The notes beneath the pieces were generated by a model, which saw only the letters and a program-made list of their open reading frames with translations, searched no databases and had not been told where the DNA came from. A stretch of 64,000 nt of DNA from assembly GCA_012728655.1 (NCBI GenBank), contig JAAYEQ010000005.1, positions 2,547 to 66,546 of the forward strand, read 5' to 3'. Below, piece by piece: positions 45,773 to 56,000 of this stretch. The stretch comes from Syntrophomonadaceae bacterium (lineage in GTDB: Bacteria; Bacillota; Syntrophomonadia; Syntrophomonadales; DTU052). The position numbers and the translations under genes are program-made. The first letter of the stretch is position 1. Each line of letters begins with the position of its first letter.

Positions 45773-46720
45773 ATGAATGGTTCAAGGTGGAGACTCAAGG
45801 TGTTTACCGGCAATGCCAACCCGGAATTGGCCCAGGAGATTGCTGAATACCTTGGGGTTCACATCGCGGATTCCAAAGTAAAAACGTTTTCCGACGGGGA
45901 AATAAGCGTGGCTATTGACGAAAGCGTCCGCGGGGTGGACGTATACATTGTCCAGCCTACCTGTGCACCGGTCAATGATTACCTGATGGAACTCCTGATC
46001 ATGATCGATGCCGTTCGCCGGGCGTCCGCAGCCCGTATAAACGCGGTCATACCGTACTACGGATATGCTCGGCAGGACCGGAAAACCAGGGCTCGTGATC
46101 CGATAACCGCCAAAATGGTGGCGAATTTGATAGCCTCGGCCGGTGCCGACCGGGTGATTACGGTGGACTTGCACGCCGGACAGATACAGGGGTTCTTTGA
46201 TATCCCCGTTGATCACCTGCCGGGGGTTCCCATGCTGGCCGAGTATTTTAGGAATCGCAGCATAGAGGATGTTGTAGTACTGTCGCCGGATTTGGGCGGT
46301 GTTACCAGGGCCCGCGATCTGGCCAATCGCCTGCACGCATCGATTGCCATAATCGACAAATGGCGGCCGAAGCCTAATGTGGCCGAGGTTATGAATGTTA
46401 TTGGTGATATTGAAGGAAAATCGGTTATCATTGTCGATGATATGATAGATACTGCCGGAACTATTACCATGGCGTCCCGCGTTATGCTGGAAAGAGGGGC
46501 CAAGGAAGTATATGCCTGTGCGACGCACCCGGTGTTGTCAGGACCGGCCCTGGAGCGGCTTGCTGAAGCGCCGTTGCAGGAGATAGTGGTCACGAATACC
46601 ATTCCCATTCCAAAAGACAAGCGACTTAAGAATATGACCATCCTCTCGGTGGCGCCGTTGATTGGAGAGGCCATCCTGCGAATACATGAAGATTTGTCAG
46701 TCAGCAAACTGTTTGATTAG
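45773..46720 (+). CDS. prs: Ribose-phosphate pyrophosphokinase
   Basis: PRPP-binding loop [13 protein letters not shown] and YARQDRK motif. Start is ATG 45773, or 45746 upstream. Confidence 0.95.
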   Translation: MNGSRWRLKVFTGNANPELAQEIAEYLGVHIADSKVKTFSDGEISVAIDESVRGVDVYIVQPTCAPVNDYLMELLIMIDAVRRASAARINAVIPYYGYARQDRKTRARDPITAKMVANLIASAGADRVITVDLHAGQIQGFFDIPVDHLPGVPMLAEYFRNRSIEDVVVLSPDLGGVTRARDLANRLHASIAIIDKWRPKPNVAEVMNVIGDIEGKSVIIVDDMIDTAGTITMASRVMLERGAKEVYACATHPVLSGPALERLAEAPLQEIVVTNTIPIPKDKRLKNMTILSVAPLIGEAILRIHEDLSVSKLFD

Positions 46721-46814
46721 GTGATCCCGGGGCTAAAGTTTTAAGCTTGAGTTTACGGGATAACATAAACCGGGGCGGGAGATGCAAGGAATAAAACCTT
46801 AGGAGGTGACAGAA

Positions 46815-47444
46815 TTGGCGAAAACTATAAATCTGGATTGCATAAAGCGGGAGATCACCACCAAAGGGGGATTAAAAGGCCTGCGTAAGCAGGACATGGT
46901 ACCGGGGATAATCTACGGGAAAGACGTTTCTCCATTACCCCTGGCCTTCAAAAAAGCGGATTTGAGCAGGGCGTTCCGCACCAAAGGCGTGCTGTACCGG
47001 CTGAATATCAGCGGAGAGCAGCCGACTATGGCGTTGCTGCGGGAGGTACAGCGGAAGCCCCTGACCGGCGAGATCGTCCATGTAGACTTCATGCGGGTAA
47101 AGATGACGGAAAGAATCACCGCGCAGGTTCCGGTTGTGGTGGTCGGCGAGGAAGAACTGGTGAAGCAGGGGGCCATTCTGCAGGCTGGAATCAAAGAGGT
47201 CGAAATCGAATGTCTGCCCGGTGATTTGCCTGACAGCCTGCCCCTGGATGTTTCCGGGAAAAGCATTGGAGATACCGTTCTGGTCCAGGACCTGAAACAT
47301 CCGGAAGGGGTAAGGATTCTGACCGACGAGAATACTGTGGTTTTGGTTATTTCGCACCCGGGCCGTGGGGCTCAGGAGACCGAGGAAACAGCCGAGACAG
47401 CGGGAGGAGACGAAGCGGCTGAAGACGCGACCCCCGGGGAATAG
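46815..47444 (+). CDS. rplY: 50S ribosomal protein L25 / general stress protein Ctc
   Basis: L25 N-terminal domain (GKGGLKGLRKQDMVPGIIYG) plus Ctc-type C-terminal domain and an acidic tail. TTG 46815, 8 nt after AGGAGG. Confidence 0.9.
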   Translation: MAKTINLDCIKREITTKGGLKGLRKQDMVPGIIYGKDVSPLPLAFKKADLSRAFRTKGVLYRLNISGEQPTMALLREVQRKPLTGEIVHVDFMRVKMTERITAQVPVVVVGEEELVKQGAILQAGIKEVEIECLPGDLPDSLPLDVSGKSIGDTVLVQDLKHPEGVRILTDENTVVLVISHPGRGAQETEETAETAGGDEAAEDATPGE

Positions 47445-47454
47445 GATGGTATAG

Positions 47455-48015
47455 GTGAAGTTGATTGTTGGGTTGGGGAACCCCGGCCAGGAATACAAAA
47501 ACACCCGCCACAATATGGGGTTTATGGTGGTTGAAGAGTTGGCCCGTGAGCTGAGGGTGATCAAGCAGAAATATGTCCACAACGGAGTAATCGCCTGGAC
47601 CCAGTTTCACGGGGAAACCGTATTGATTGCCAAACCGCTTACTTTCATGAATCTGTCGGGGAAAGCGGTTCAGCCGATGGTAAGAGCCTACCATATAACC
47701 CTCCCGGAATTAATGGTTGTTGTAGACGACTTGGATCTGGACCTCGGAGTGATTCGCCTGCGGGCTCGGGGAGGCAGCGGTGGACACAAGGGACTGCAAT
47801 CCATTATCGATTGTCTGGGGACCCAGGATTTTCCACGGCTGCGGCTGGGTATCGGCAGGCCTCCCGACGAGGAGGTCATTGACTGGGTTTTGACTCGGTT
47901 CAGTCAGGATGAAGAGACCCTGGTCAAAGAGGCTGTCGACCGGGCGGTGAAGGCCTTGAAGCTCTGGCTGGTTTCCGGCATCGAGAAGGCCATGAATCAG
48001 TACAACCGATCCTGA
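47455..48015 (+). CDS. pth: Peptidyl-tRNA hydrolase
   Basis: LIVGLGNPG..Y..TRHNMGF signature. GTG start. Confidence 0.95.
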   Translation: MKLIVGLGNPGQEYKNTRHNMGFMVVEELARELRVIKQKYVHNGVIAWTQFHGETVLIAKPLTFMNLSGKAVQPMVRAYHITLPELMVVVDDLDLDLGVIRLRARGGSGGHKGLQSIIDCLGTQDFPRLRLGIGRPPDEEVIDWVLTRFSQDEETLVKEAVDRAVKALKLWLVSGIEKAMNQYNRS

Positions 48016-48364
48016 CAGAGCCCCGATCGGCATTGGAATTTGAAAAACAGAACTATTACGTGGTCATCATTGAAAGCCTGTCCTTTATACCGCGACTGGT
48101 TCCGGTGAATTTCATACCATCACGGGATGTTTATCCGGTCCAACGGGTTTGAGGTCCTGTTTTGTTTACACCGATAAGTGGTTATACCCCTTGCAATACG
48201 GGGGTTGGCCGGCACCTGCAGCTCTGATTGCAAACTGAATGTTTAAATAACCTGTATCCTGCAGTCGGCGATCGCAGAGCTGTAACAAGGTCGGGGCTCA
48301 TTGGCCCTGCCGGGGGCCTTTTACTCTCCGATGTAAGGACCGGTCCCTAGAAAGGGGGAAATAG

Positions 48365-49822
48365 ATGAATGTAGCATTCATGGTTGCGGCAATACTGCTG
48401 GTATGCGCCGTTTCAAGCAAAGTGCTTTACCGGTTTGGCGTACCGATACTGATATTGTTCCTGACCATCGGCATGCTGATGGGTTCGGAAGGCCCGGGCG
48501 GGATCTATTTTGACAACGCCCAACTGGCCGAGAACATCTGCAACCTGGCCTTGTTGATAATAATCTTTTCAGGGGGGTTTGACACCAACTGGAAAGCGGC
48601 GCGGCCGGTTGCGCTGGTTTCAGGAATTCTGGCTTCATTGGGCGTCTTTCTCACTGCCGCTTTAGTGGGAATCTTTGCCCATCTTACTCTGGGTTTTACC
48701 CTGCTCGAAGGGATGCTATTGGGTTCCATCATTTCTTCAACCGATTACGCTTCCGTGTTTTCTATCCTGCGCTCACAGCAGTCCGACCTGAAGGACAACT
48801 TGGCGCCGCTGCTGGAAATGGAAAGCGGTTCCAACGACCCGGCGGCCTATATGCTTACGGTTATCTTTCTCGGGCTTTTGACCGGTGAAAGTCAGAATGT
48901 CTGGATATTGTTGGTAACTCAAATCGCCGTTGGAACCTTATTTGGCGTTGTCGTGGGCAAGGCGGCGGTATGGCTCATTAACAACATAAATCTTGATATC
49001 GACGGTCTTTATCCGATTATGGTCATCGGGGTGGCCTTATTGACGTATTCCGGAGCCGGCATGCTTGGGGGGAACGGGTTTTTGGCCGCCTATATTACCG
49101 GAATAATTATGGGGAACAGCAGGCTGGTAAAGAAAGTCAGCCTGGTTCGCTATTTTGACGGGTTGTCCTGGCTGATGCAGATCCTGCTGTTTATAACCCT
49201 GGGATTGCTGGTCTTTCCCTCCCAGTTGTTGAGCGTAGTTGTCGCCGGTGTTCTGGTCGCCGTATTTTTGATTTTTGTCGCGCGTCCGTTGGTTGTATTC
49301 CTGGTGCTGAGCATCTTTAAGCGACCGTTTAAGGAGCAACTGCTGGTATCCTGGGTGGGGGTTCGTGGTGCGGCCTCCATCGTTTTTGCCACCTATCCTT
49401 TGACGGCGGGTGTGCCCGTAGCGGAACAGATATTTAATATAGTTTTCTTCGTGGCCCTGGTATCGGTTTTATTGCAGGGGACCCTCTTTCTGCCCATCGC
49501 CAGGAAACTTGATCTGATAGAACCTGAAGGGAACGTATTCCGGACCTTTACCGATTATTCGGGTGAGATATATGCCGAACTGCTCGAGGTGACGATCCCC
49601 GAAGGCAGTCCCCTGGCGGGGAAAGCCATCATGGATCTTGATATATCCCCGGAGGTATTGATTATGATGATTAAACGGGAGGGGAAGATGATCACGCCCC
49701 GGGGAAAAACAATACTTCGGGCGGGGGATACCCTTATGCTGGCCGGAGAACACGAGGTGCTGCTGGAGATAGATGCCCGGGCCCGTAGTGCGCGGGATAA
49801 TTCCCTGACCAATCCGGCGTAA
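48365..49822 (+). CDS. K+/H+ (CPA1-type) antiporter with C-terminal TrkA-C/RCK_C domain
   Basis: About 12 hydrophobic segments, ESGSNDP motif, soluble C-terminal domain (EVTIPEGSPLAGKAIMDLD...GDTLMLAG). Confidence 0.85.
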   Translation: MNVAFMVAAILLVCAVSSKVLYRFGVPILILFLTIGMLMGSEGPGGIYFDNAQLAENICNLALLIIIFSGGFDTNWKAARPVALVSGILASLGVFLTAALVGIFAHLTLGFTLLEGMLLGSIISSTDYASVFSILRSQQSDLKDNLAPLLEMESGSNDPAAYMLTVIFLGLLTGESQNVWILLVTQIAVGTLFGVVVGKAAVWLINNINLDIDGLYPIMVIGVALLTYSGAGMLGGNGFLAAYITGIIMGNSRLVKKVSLVRYFDGLSWLMQILLFITLGLLVFPSQLLSVVVAGVLVAVFLIFVARPLVVFLVLSIFKRPFKEQLLVSWVGVRGAASIVFATYPLTAGVPVAEQIFNIVFFVALVSVLLQGTLFLPIARKLDLIEPEGNVFRTFTDYSGEIYAELLEVTIPEGSPLAGKAIMDLDISPEVLIMMIKREGKMITPRGKTILRAGDTLMLAGEHEVLLEIDARARSARDNSLTNPA

Positions 49823-49987
49823 GCCGTCGGGGATTGATTCACGGTGGGCACAGTCGGCTGCGGGAAGTGGTATATTGTAATAGGCCAATGGAATGGCGAA
49901 GGCGCCTGGATAGAGTCCGGATTCAATACAGTTAGGTATACCCTGTGGGTTGTTCCGGAGACAATAGGTCCAGGAGGAAGAGCCCAC

Positions 49988-50149
49988 ATGAAGATATATT
50001 ATATCTGCGAAAGCTGCCAGGAGGTTTTTTACGAAGGCAAACTGGGCGATGAAGAGGGTATTCTCACCGTTGACGCCCTATGCCCGGATTGTGCCGAGGA
50101 AATATATCCTGCAGGTGAATTACGATTCACCAATCATTTTTATTCATAA
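49988..50149 (+). CDS. fin: Anti-sigma-F factor Fin (YabK)-like small zinc protein
   Basis: 53 aa from ATG 49988 (AGGAGGA upstream). YYICESC ... CPDC pairs. Lies between pth and mfd, exactly where B. subtilis fin lies. Confidence 0.6.
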   Translation: MKIYYICESCQEVFYEGKLGDEEGILTVDALCPDCAEEIYPAGELRFTNHFYS

Positions 50150-50174
50150 AAAGAAGTATCATATGGTGTAACCG

Positions 50175-53100
50175 GTGGAGGTCCTTACATCAGGACGTCC
50201 ACTCTTTGTCGTTGGAGGAGGGTTGGCCGTGTCGGTGGTTCAACAGGTCGCCGAGACACTGCAGCGGGGCAACAACTGCCTTTTAAGCGGTTTGGACGGC
50301 TCATGCAAAACCTATGTAATATCGCAACTGGTGCAGAGCCTGGGGCGAAAACTGGTTTACATGACCGGCGAAATTGAACAGGCTTATGATGCCGCCCGTT
50401 CTTTGCGCGGTATCCTGGGCAACGATGCCGTTAAGGTCCTGCCCCCCAAGAATTACATTGCCCGGGAGTCGGAGGCCTACTCTCACGATAGCCTGGAACG
50501 GATGACATTTTTCAGCGAGATACTCGAACACCCCCGGAAGACTGAAGTCCTGGTGATGTCGGCCCCGTCGCTGCTCTTCGAGACGATTGATCCCGATCTC
50601 TACCGGGCATCGGCCATCAGGCTCACCACCGGCGATGCTGTTGATGTGAATGAATTGCTGGCCCGGCTGGTTGACAGCGGGTATCGACGGCAGGCCCTGG
50701 TCGAGGGGCCGGGGCAGTTCTCAGTCCGGGGAGGGATCATTGATATCTTCCCGGTCAGGATGAGTGAACCGGTACGGGTGGAACTGTTTGGGGATGAGAT
50801 TGAATCCCTGCGTCATTTCGCGCCCGATACCCAGCGATCTACCGGGAAGCTGAAAAGCGTCAACATCTGGCCGGTGCGGGAAGTTGCCGGCAAAGGGGGA
50901 CGGGCATGGCAATACCTGGCAGGTGATTGGCCCCTATGGATTGATGACCTCGCTCAATTCCGAGAGTCCTGGCTGACCCACCTGCGCCGTTACCGTACTT
51001 TCCTGCGCCAGACCCGCAGCGAGACGGAAGTCGAGCGCTTCAAGGTTTTCGAGTGGGATGAATTTGAATGCGAACTGCGGCGGCGTCCGGCAGTTTACCA
51101 TTCCTTCTTTGCCAAGAGCCTGCCCGTTGAAATCCCGGTGCACCTGCGGCAGCATATCGCCCAGCATGAGTGTGAGCCTCTCTGGGTAAAGCCGCACCAA
51201 CTGCCGCAGAGCATCCAGGAATGGCGGTCCCGGGGCTGGAAGGTAACCCTGGCGATACCGGAAAAGAAGGTCCAGGATCACATCCGGCGGGATCTGGAAG
51301 AGAGTATGGTAACCGGCGGCTATGAGTTTGTGAGGTGGCGTCTGGAACAGGGGTTTGTCAGCTCAACCCTGGGTGAGGTCCTGGTGACGGAAAAAGAGCT
51401 GGGACGCAAGAGGAGAAGCCGTTACCATAAAGCGGCCAGGAGTTCGGGAGTAGGTTTGTCCGAGCTGGCCGTTGGTGATTATGTCGTCCACGAACACCAC
51501 GGGATTGGGATTTTCCAGGGAGTTTCCCAGCAGGAGATCGACGGCATTAAAAAGGAATACCTGACTATACAGTATGCCGGCACCGACCGGCTCTACCTGC
51601 CCATTGACAAGCTGGACCTCTTGACGAAATACACCGGGGGAGGTGAGCCGCGGCTCAACCGGCTGGGGGGAAGCGAATGGGAGCGTACCAAGAAAAGAGT
51701 TCAGTCTTCGATCCGGGAAATGGCCCGGGAACTGCTGGAACTGTACAGCGCGCGGGAAAAGATGAGGGGGTTTGCATTCACGCCCGATAACCCCTGGCAG
51801 AAGGAGTTTGACGAGGGGTTTGAATTTGAGGAGACTCCGGACCAAGCCCGGGCAATCCGCGAGGTTTTTTCCGACATGGAAAAACCCCGCCCTATGGACC
51901 GGCTGGTGTGCGGGGATGTTGGTTACGGCAAGACCGAAGTGGCAATGCGGGCGGCTTTCAAGGCCATTATGGACCGCAAGCAGGTGGCGGTACTGGTCCC
52001 CACCACCATACTGGCGGAGCAGCACTACCGCACTTTCACCAAAAGGTTTGCGCCCTACCCAGCGGTTATCGAGATCCTGAGCCGGTTTCGCACCCCGTCG
52101 CAGCAGAAAAGGGTCATTGAGGACCTGCGCCGCGGGGTGGTTGATATTGTAATCGGTACCCACCGCTTGCTCTCTCGTGATGTTCAGTTCCGGGACCTGG
52201 GGCTGCTGATTATCGATGAGGAGCACCGCTTTGGGGTGCGTCAGAAGGAGAGGATAAAGACCCTGGCGCGGACGGTGGATGTCATAAGCCTGACGGCCAC
52301 CCCCATTCCCCGGACTCTGCACATGGCCCTGACGGGACTGCGTGACCTCTCGGTCATTGAAACCCCGCCTCCGGAGAGGTACCCCATCAACACCTATGTC
52401 ATGGAGTACAACCCGGAGCTGGTGAGGGAAGCGATACTGGCGGAGGTGGGCAGGGGAGGCCAGGTCTTCTATCTGCACAACCGCATCAACAACATGGAGA
52501 AAGTAAGGCAGGAACTGGAAGCGATGCTTCCCGGCCTCTCCATTGATATGGCTCATGGTCGCATGGAGGAAAAGGAACTGGCGGCGGTAATGAACCGTTT
52601 CATGGACGGGAAGACTAATGTCCTCTTGTGCACTACCATAATTGAATCCGGATTGGACATGCCCAACGTGAATACCCTTATCGTTGACGAGGCCGATCGA
52701 TTGGGGCTCGCCCAGCTTTACCAGATCAGAGGCCGTATCGGACGTTCCAACCGGGTGGCTTATGCCTATCTGACCTATCGCCCTGATCGCTCCATAACCG
52801 AGACGGCGCAGAAACGACTTAATGCCATTCGGGAGTTTACCGAGCTGGGTTCCGGTATGCGCATTGCCCTCCGGGATCTGGAGATAAGGGGAGCCGGCAA
52901 CATTCTGGGACCGGAGCAGCACGGCTACATTGAAGCGGTAGGATTTGACCTTTACTGCCGGCTTCTGGAAGAAGAAACAGCCAGGACCCGGGGCGAAACC
53001 CCGGTCCGGCCGGAGATGCCGCAACTGGATATCAAAGTGGACAGCTATATCCCGGATTCCTATATCGAAGACCCGGGCTTGAAGATCCAGGTTTACCGTC

Positions 53101-53435
53101 AGGCGATGATGGCCGCCACCCCGGCGGAGATTACGGAAATAGAAAAGAGCCTGCAGGACCGATTTGGACCGCCGCCGCCGCCGGTACAGAATCTCCTGCG
53201 GATCTCCCGCCTGCGGTTGAAGGCCAGGGACAAGAGCATCAAACACATAAATACCGACAACCGGCAGATTGAACTGACCCTGGACAGCCCGCTGGGGACT
53301 CGGGCGGAAGGGCTGGTCGGGCTGCAGCAGAAATACGGATTCAAGATCAGCGTAACCAATCAGAACACATTGGTATTAAAATCGGGCAGGGGAATAACGC
53401 TGGATATGCTGGAGGATCTCCTGGGAGTTATTTAG
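50175..53435 (+). CDS. mfd: Transcription-repair coupling factor
   Basis: UvrB-homology N-terminus, CarD-like RID (GDYVVHEHHGIG), SF2 helicase motifs GDVGYGKTEV and IIDEEHRFG, TRG motif region, C-terminal D7. Confidence 0.95.
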   Translation: MEVLTSGRPLFVVGGGLAVSVVQQVAETLQRGNNCLLSGLDGSCKTYVISQLVQSLGRKLVYMTGEIEQAYDAARSLRGILGNDAVKVLPPKNYIARESEAYSHDSLERMTFFSEILEHPRKTEVLVMSAPSLLFETIDPDLYRASAIRLTTGDAVDVNELLARLVDSGYRRQALVEGPGQFSVRGGIIDIFPVRMSEPVRVELFGDEIESLRHFAPDTQRSTGKLKSVNIWPVREVAGKGGRAWQYLAGDWPLWIDDLAQFRESWLTHLRRYRTFLRQTRSETEVERFKVFEWDEFECELRRRPAVYHSFFAKSLPVEIPVHLRQHIAQHECEPLWVKPHQLPQSIQEWRSRGWKVTLAIPEKKVQDHIRRDLEESMVTGGYEFVRWRLEQGFVSSTLGEVLVTEKELGRKRRSRYHKAARSSGVGLSELAVGDYVVHEHHGIGIFQGVSQQEIDGIKKEYLTIQYAGTDRLYLPIDKLDLLTKYTGGGEPRLNRLGGSEWERTKKRVQSSIREMARELLELYSAREKMRGFAFTPDNPWQKEFDEGFEFEETPDQARAIREVFSDMEKPRPMDRLVCGDVGYGKTEVAMRAAFKAIMDRKQVAVLVPTTILAEQHYRTFTKRFAPYPAVIEILSRFRTPSQQKRVIEDLRRGVVDIVIGTHRLLSRDVQFRDLGLLIIDEEHRFGVRQKERIKTLARTVDVISLTATPIPRTLHMALTGLRDLSVIETPPPERYPINTYVMEYNPELVREAILAEVGRGGQVFYLHNRINNMEKVRQELEAMLPGLSIDMAHGRMEEKELAAVMNRFMDGKTNVLLCTTIIESGLDMPNVNTLIVDEADRLGLAQLYQIRGRIGRSNRVAYAYLTYRPDRSITETAQKRLNAIREFTELGSGMRIALRDLEIRGAGNILGPEQHGYIEAVGFDLYCRLLEEETARTRGETPVRPEMPQLDIKVDSYIPDSYIEDPGLKIQVYRQAMMAATPAEITEIEKSLQDRFGPPPPPVQNLLRISRLRLKARDKSIKHINTDNRQIELTLDSPLGTRAEGLVGLQQKYGFKISVTNQNTLVLKSGRGITLDMLEDLLGVI

Positions 53436-53440
53436 GGGCA

Positions 53441-53668
53441 TCAGAACACCAGCCGCAGCATTCCCAAAACCACATCGGAAACAAGATCCATAATTATCAC
53501 CGGGCTGGGCAGGGGGACCTTCAGAGCCGTCAATACACTCAGGGTAAAGCCGAGGAACCATATGCAACCGGCGGTTATAAGCTCAGGCCACGCTTCTTCC
53601 CGTAACAACGGGATAGCTTCATAGACGCCGATACATGCAAAAGCAATCGCTATCAGGAATAGACTCAT
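53441..53668 (-). CDS. Small two-TM membrane protein, candidate germinant-receptor D subunit
   Basis: 75 aa with two hydrophobic helices. Starts 12 nt after the GerxC stop, same strand. Confidence 0.45.
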   Translation of the reverse strand: MSLFLIAIAFACIGVYEAIPLLREEAWPELITAGCIWFLGFTLSVLTALKVPLPSPVIIMDLVSDVVLGMLRLVF

Positions 53669-53680
53669 GCAAAGGCTCCT

Positions 53681-54907
53681 TTACCGGGTTTTCACCGTTC
53701 TGAAGGCCAACGAGCTTCTCACTATCTTGCCGTGGACTTCCACCTGTACATCCAGGGTTGGGAATATCTCGTCCCAGTTATCTTTCATGACCTGCCACTC
53801 CCGGGGATACTTGCCGTAAAAGGCTCGGCCAAAACCGAAAATATCGGATTCCAGTTCATCCTGAGCGACCTTCAGCGCCGATACAACCTCGTTGTGAATG
53901 GCAGTTGCCATGCGGCTTTCCATGCGGGCCCATGTCTTTTCATCGCTCAGCAGCGGGAATTGCCCTTGCGTTTGGGCAAAGACGGCATCCAATTCAATCC
54001 TGACCTTTATAACCGGCCGGCCGTCAATTAGCTTCGGTATGATTTTACTGCTGGTTTGTCCTATTTCCAGGCTTATCAGGCGGTTTTCCTCCAGCGGATT
54101 GCGGATCACTATTATCCCGCTCTTAACTTTCCCTCGGACCCATAAAACACCCCGGCTCTGGTGGTCGTTCAGCCAGCCCACCAGCCGGTCTCCTTTGAAG
54201 GCTCCCAGGCCTGAAATCCGGGCGCTGTTCGAAACTACTGTCTCGTGGAGCATACTCTGCTGGGGCTGTTCTGTGGGGCGGTGGACGATTTCCGCCGCTC
54301 CCAGCACCGGTTCAAGGCCGTCGGTCTCCAACTCGCGGCAGAATTCCAAAATTGTAGGGATAAGGGCAGTTGATTTCCTGGCCTCAACCACCTTGCTGAG
54401 TCCCTCAAATCCCCGGCCCGGCTGGCGTTCCAGCTCAAACCGGGCTGACATAATCTCCTGAATGTCGGCTCCTTTCACTACCAAAAGCTGTGCGTTATTG
54501 CGCGGCTCCAGATCTCGCATAAAGAAGTCCATTACCTGGGCCATCCCGGCCGCTTCCCGAGCCAAACGCTCGCCGATGAGCACCACCCGGCAGTGGGCCC
54601 AGAATACCTGGCGCGGAGATTCACTGGCGAGGTTGCGTATTGCCTGAAAAACTGTGTGTCCGGTGGTGGTGACCGGCCAGAAAGGTTTTTCATCAATTAT
54701 ATCCTGACCCGCGCCGGAGATGGCAAACGGTTTGGCTATATGAACGCTTACCTTGATAAGTCCGTCTTCCGAGCGGTCGAAAGCGGCTAAAGTGACCAGG
54801 CCCATATCCTCAATCTCGACACGATCCCAACACCCGGAAGAGAAGAGGCATCCCAGGAAGAGGCATATAAGCAAAACCTTACCCCTGATCCGCATTCGAA
54901 ATCCCAT
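53681..54907 (-). CDS. Ger(x)C-family germinant receptor lipoprotein
   Basis: Signal peptide with lipobox FSSGC followed by WDRVEIED, typical of GerAC-type proteins. Start is 54907 or 54895. Confidence 0.85.
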   Translation of the reverse strand: MGFRMRIRGKVLLICLFLGCLFSSGCWDRVEIEDMGLVTLAAFDRSEDGLIKVSVHIAKPFAISGAGQDIIDEKPFWPVTTTGHTVFQAIRNLASESPRQVFWAHCRVVLIGERLAREAAGMAQVMDFFMRDLEPRNNAQLLVVKGADIQEIMSARFELERQPGRGFEGLSKVVEARKSTALIPTILEFCRELETDGLEPVLGAAEIVHRPTEQPQQSMLHETVVSNSARISGLGAFKGDRLVGWLNDHQSRGVLWVRGKVKSGIIVIRNPLEENRLISLEIGQTSSKIIPKLIDGRPVIKVRIELDAVFAQTQGQFPLLSDEKTWARMESRMATAIHNEVVSALKVAQDELESDIFGFGRAFYGKYPREWQVMKDNWDEIFPTLDVQVEVHGKIVRSSLAFRTVKTR

Positions 54908-56000
54908 CCCCGACGTAATTCTTAATGATCGCCGCCAGGTATAAGGCTGACAGGATCAGTATCAAGAAGCTGATGGAGTACACTATCATGGCTTGGGTTA
55001 GAACATCCATCAGGCCGATCAGGCTTTCATAGGATAAAATGCTGATCACGACCATTAAGGCGCCGAGGGGGTAAGCCAGCGGACGGAAGTCTTTCAGATC
55101 CAGAAGCTGGGCCAGGCCCACCGCAGTCGCCCAGAAAAACAGGCAAACTTTGATTCCGGCACCCAAAATCCACACCACTGCGATCAGCGATTCAATCCGC
55201 TCGAAGAAATCGCCCAGACTTACCATCCGTGCCAGAGCAAAAGCCGGATGGGAAGCGGAATTAAACAGGGGGCCGAAAACTGCAGCCATGCCAAGGCAAT
55301 GCATGACAAGAATCAGAACGATTATTAATACGGCCCCCATCGATAAAGGCATAGCTGATCGGGGGTTATTGAGGTAAGGAAGCAGCATGCCGATGATCAG
55401 ATATTCCGTATAGAAGGAGAGGACACTTGCCGATGGCCAGATGAGTTCCCCAAATCCCTCACCGAAGAAAAAGGGGCGAAGATAGCCGGGGTCCATAAGA
55501 TTGGAAGTTGAAGCCACGACTAGAAGCAGGAGAAAAATTATTATGGGCATTGTAATGCCTGCGATTCGGGCATTGATCTCCATCCCGTTGCGAGCCGAGT
55601 TGGCGATCAGGAAGGCGGCTGAGATCAAAAATACCTGGATCGGAGTTTCTTCCAGCAGACCCGTGCCCACGGTTTCACCCAGGGTGCGGAGGACGGAGAA
55701 CGCGATCATAAAATAAAACCAAAGGATCGAAAAACCCACCAGCATCCCGACAATTGGGCCCAGGAGTTTCTTGGTATAACCAATGATCGTCTGGTCCGGG
55801 TATTTAAGTCCCAGGTGGACTATCAGCCATACCAAAAGCACCGCTATCAGAGAACCGATGATATCGTTCACCCAGGCGGTGGCAGGGTTGTTTACCAGAG
55901 TGACGGTGGGACATATCAGGACGACCGGGACCAGACGGGTTATAACCAGCAGAGCAAAGTACTGGTATCCCGAGATTCTTCCTCTTTCCAGGAGATTCAC
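54879..56000 (-). CDS. Ger(x)B-family germinant receptor permease (APC superfamily)
   Basis: 373 aa, about 10 TM segments, N-terminal ISGYQYFALLV pattern. Overlaps the A and C genes. Confidence 0.88.
   Translation of the reverse strand: MNLLERGRISGYQYFALLVITRLVPVVLICPTVTLVNNPATAWVNDIIGSLIAVLLVWLIVHLGLKYPDQTIIGYTKKLLGPIVGMLVGFSILWFYFMIAFSVLRTLGETVGTGLLEETPIQVFLISAAFLIANSARNGMEINARIAGITMPIIIFLLLLVVASTSNLMDPGYLRPFFFGEGFGELIWPSASVLSFYTEYLIIGMLLPYLNNPRSAMPLSMGAVLIIVLILVMHCLGMAAVFGPLFNSASHPAFALARMVSLGDFFERIESLIAVVWILGAGIKVCLFFWATAVGLAQLLDLKDFRPLAYPLGALMVVISILSYESLIGLMDVLTQAMIVYSISFLILILSALYLAAIIKNYVGDGISNADQG

Noticed and set aside
43501-46528. 237-aa and 248-aa minus-strand ORFs antisense to the macro-domain and prs genes
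   Set aside because: They are shadow ORFs. The sense strands carry diagnostic macro and PRPP-synthetase motifs.
51363-53246. 627-aa ORF on the minus strand inside mfd
   Set aside because: It lies entirely antisense to a well-supported mfd gene. The composition is Arg/Pro/Gly-rich and low-complexity with no motifs and no RBS. It is a typical shadow ORF of a GC-biased coding region.
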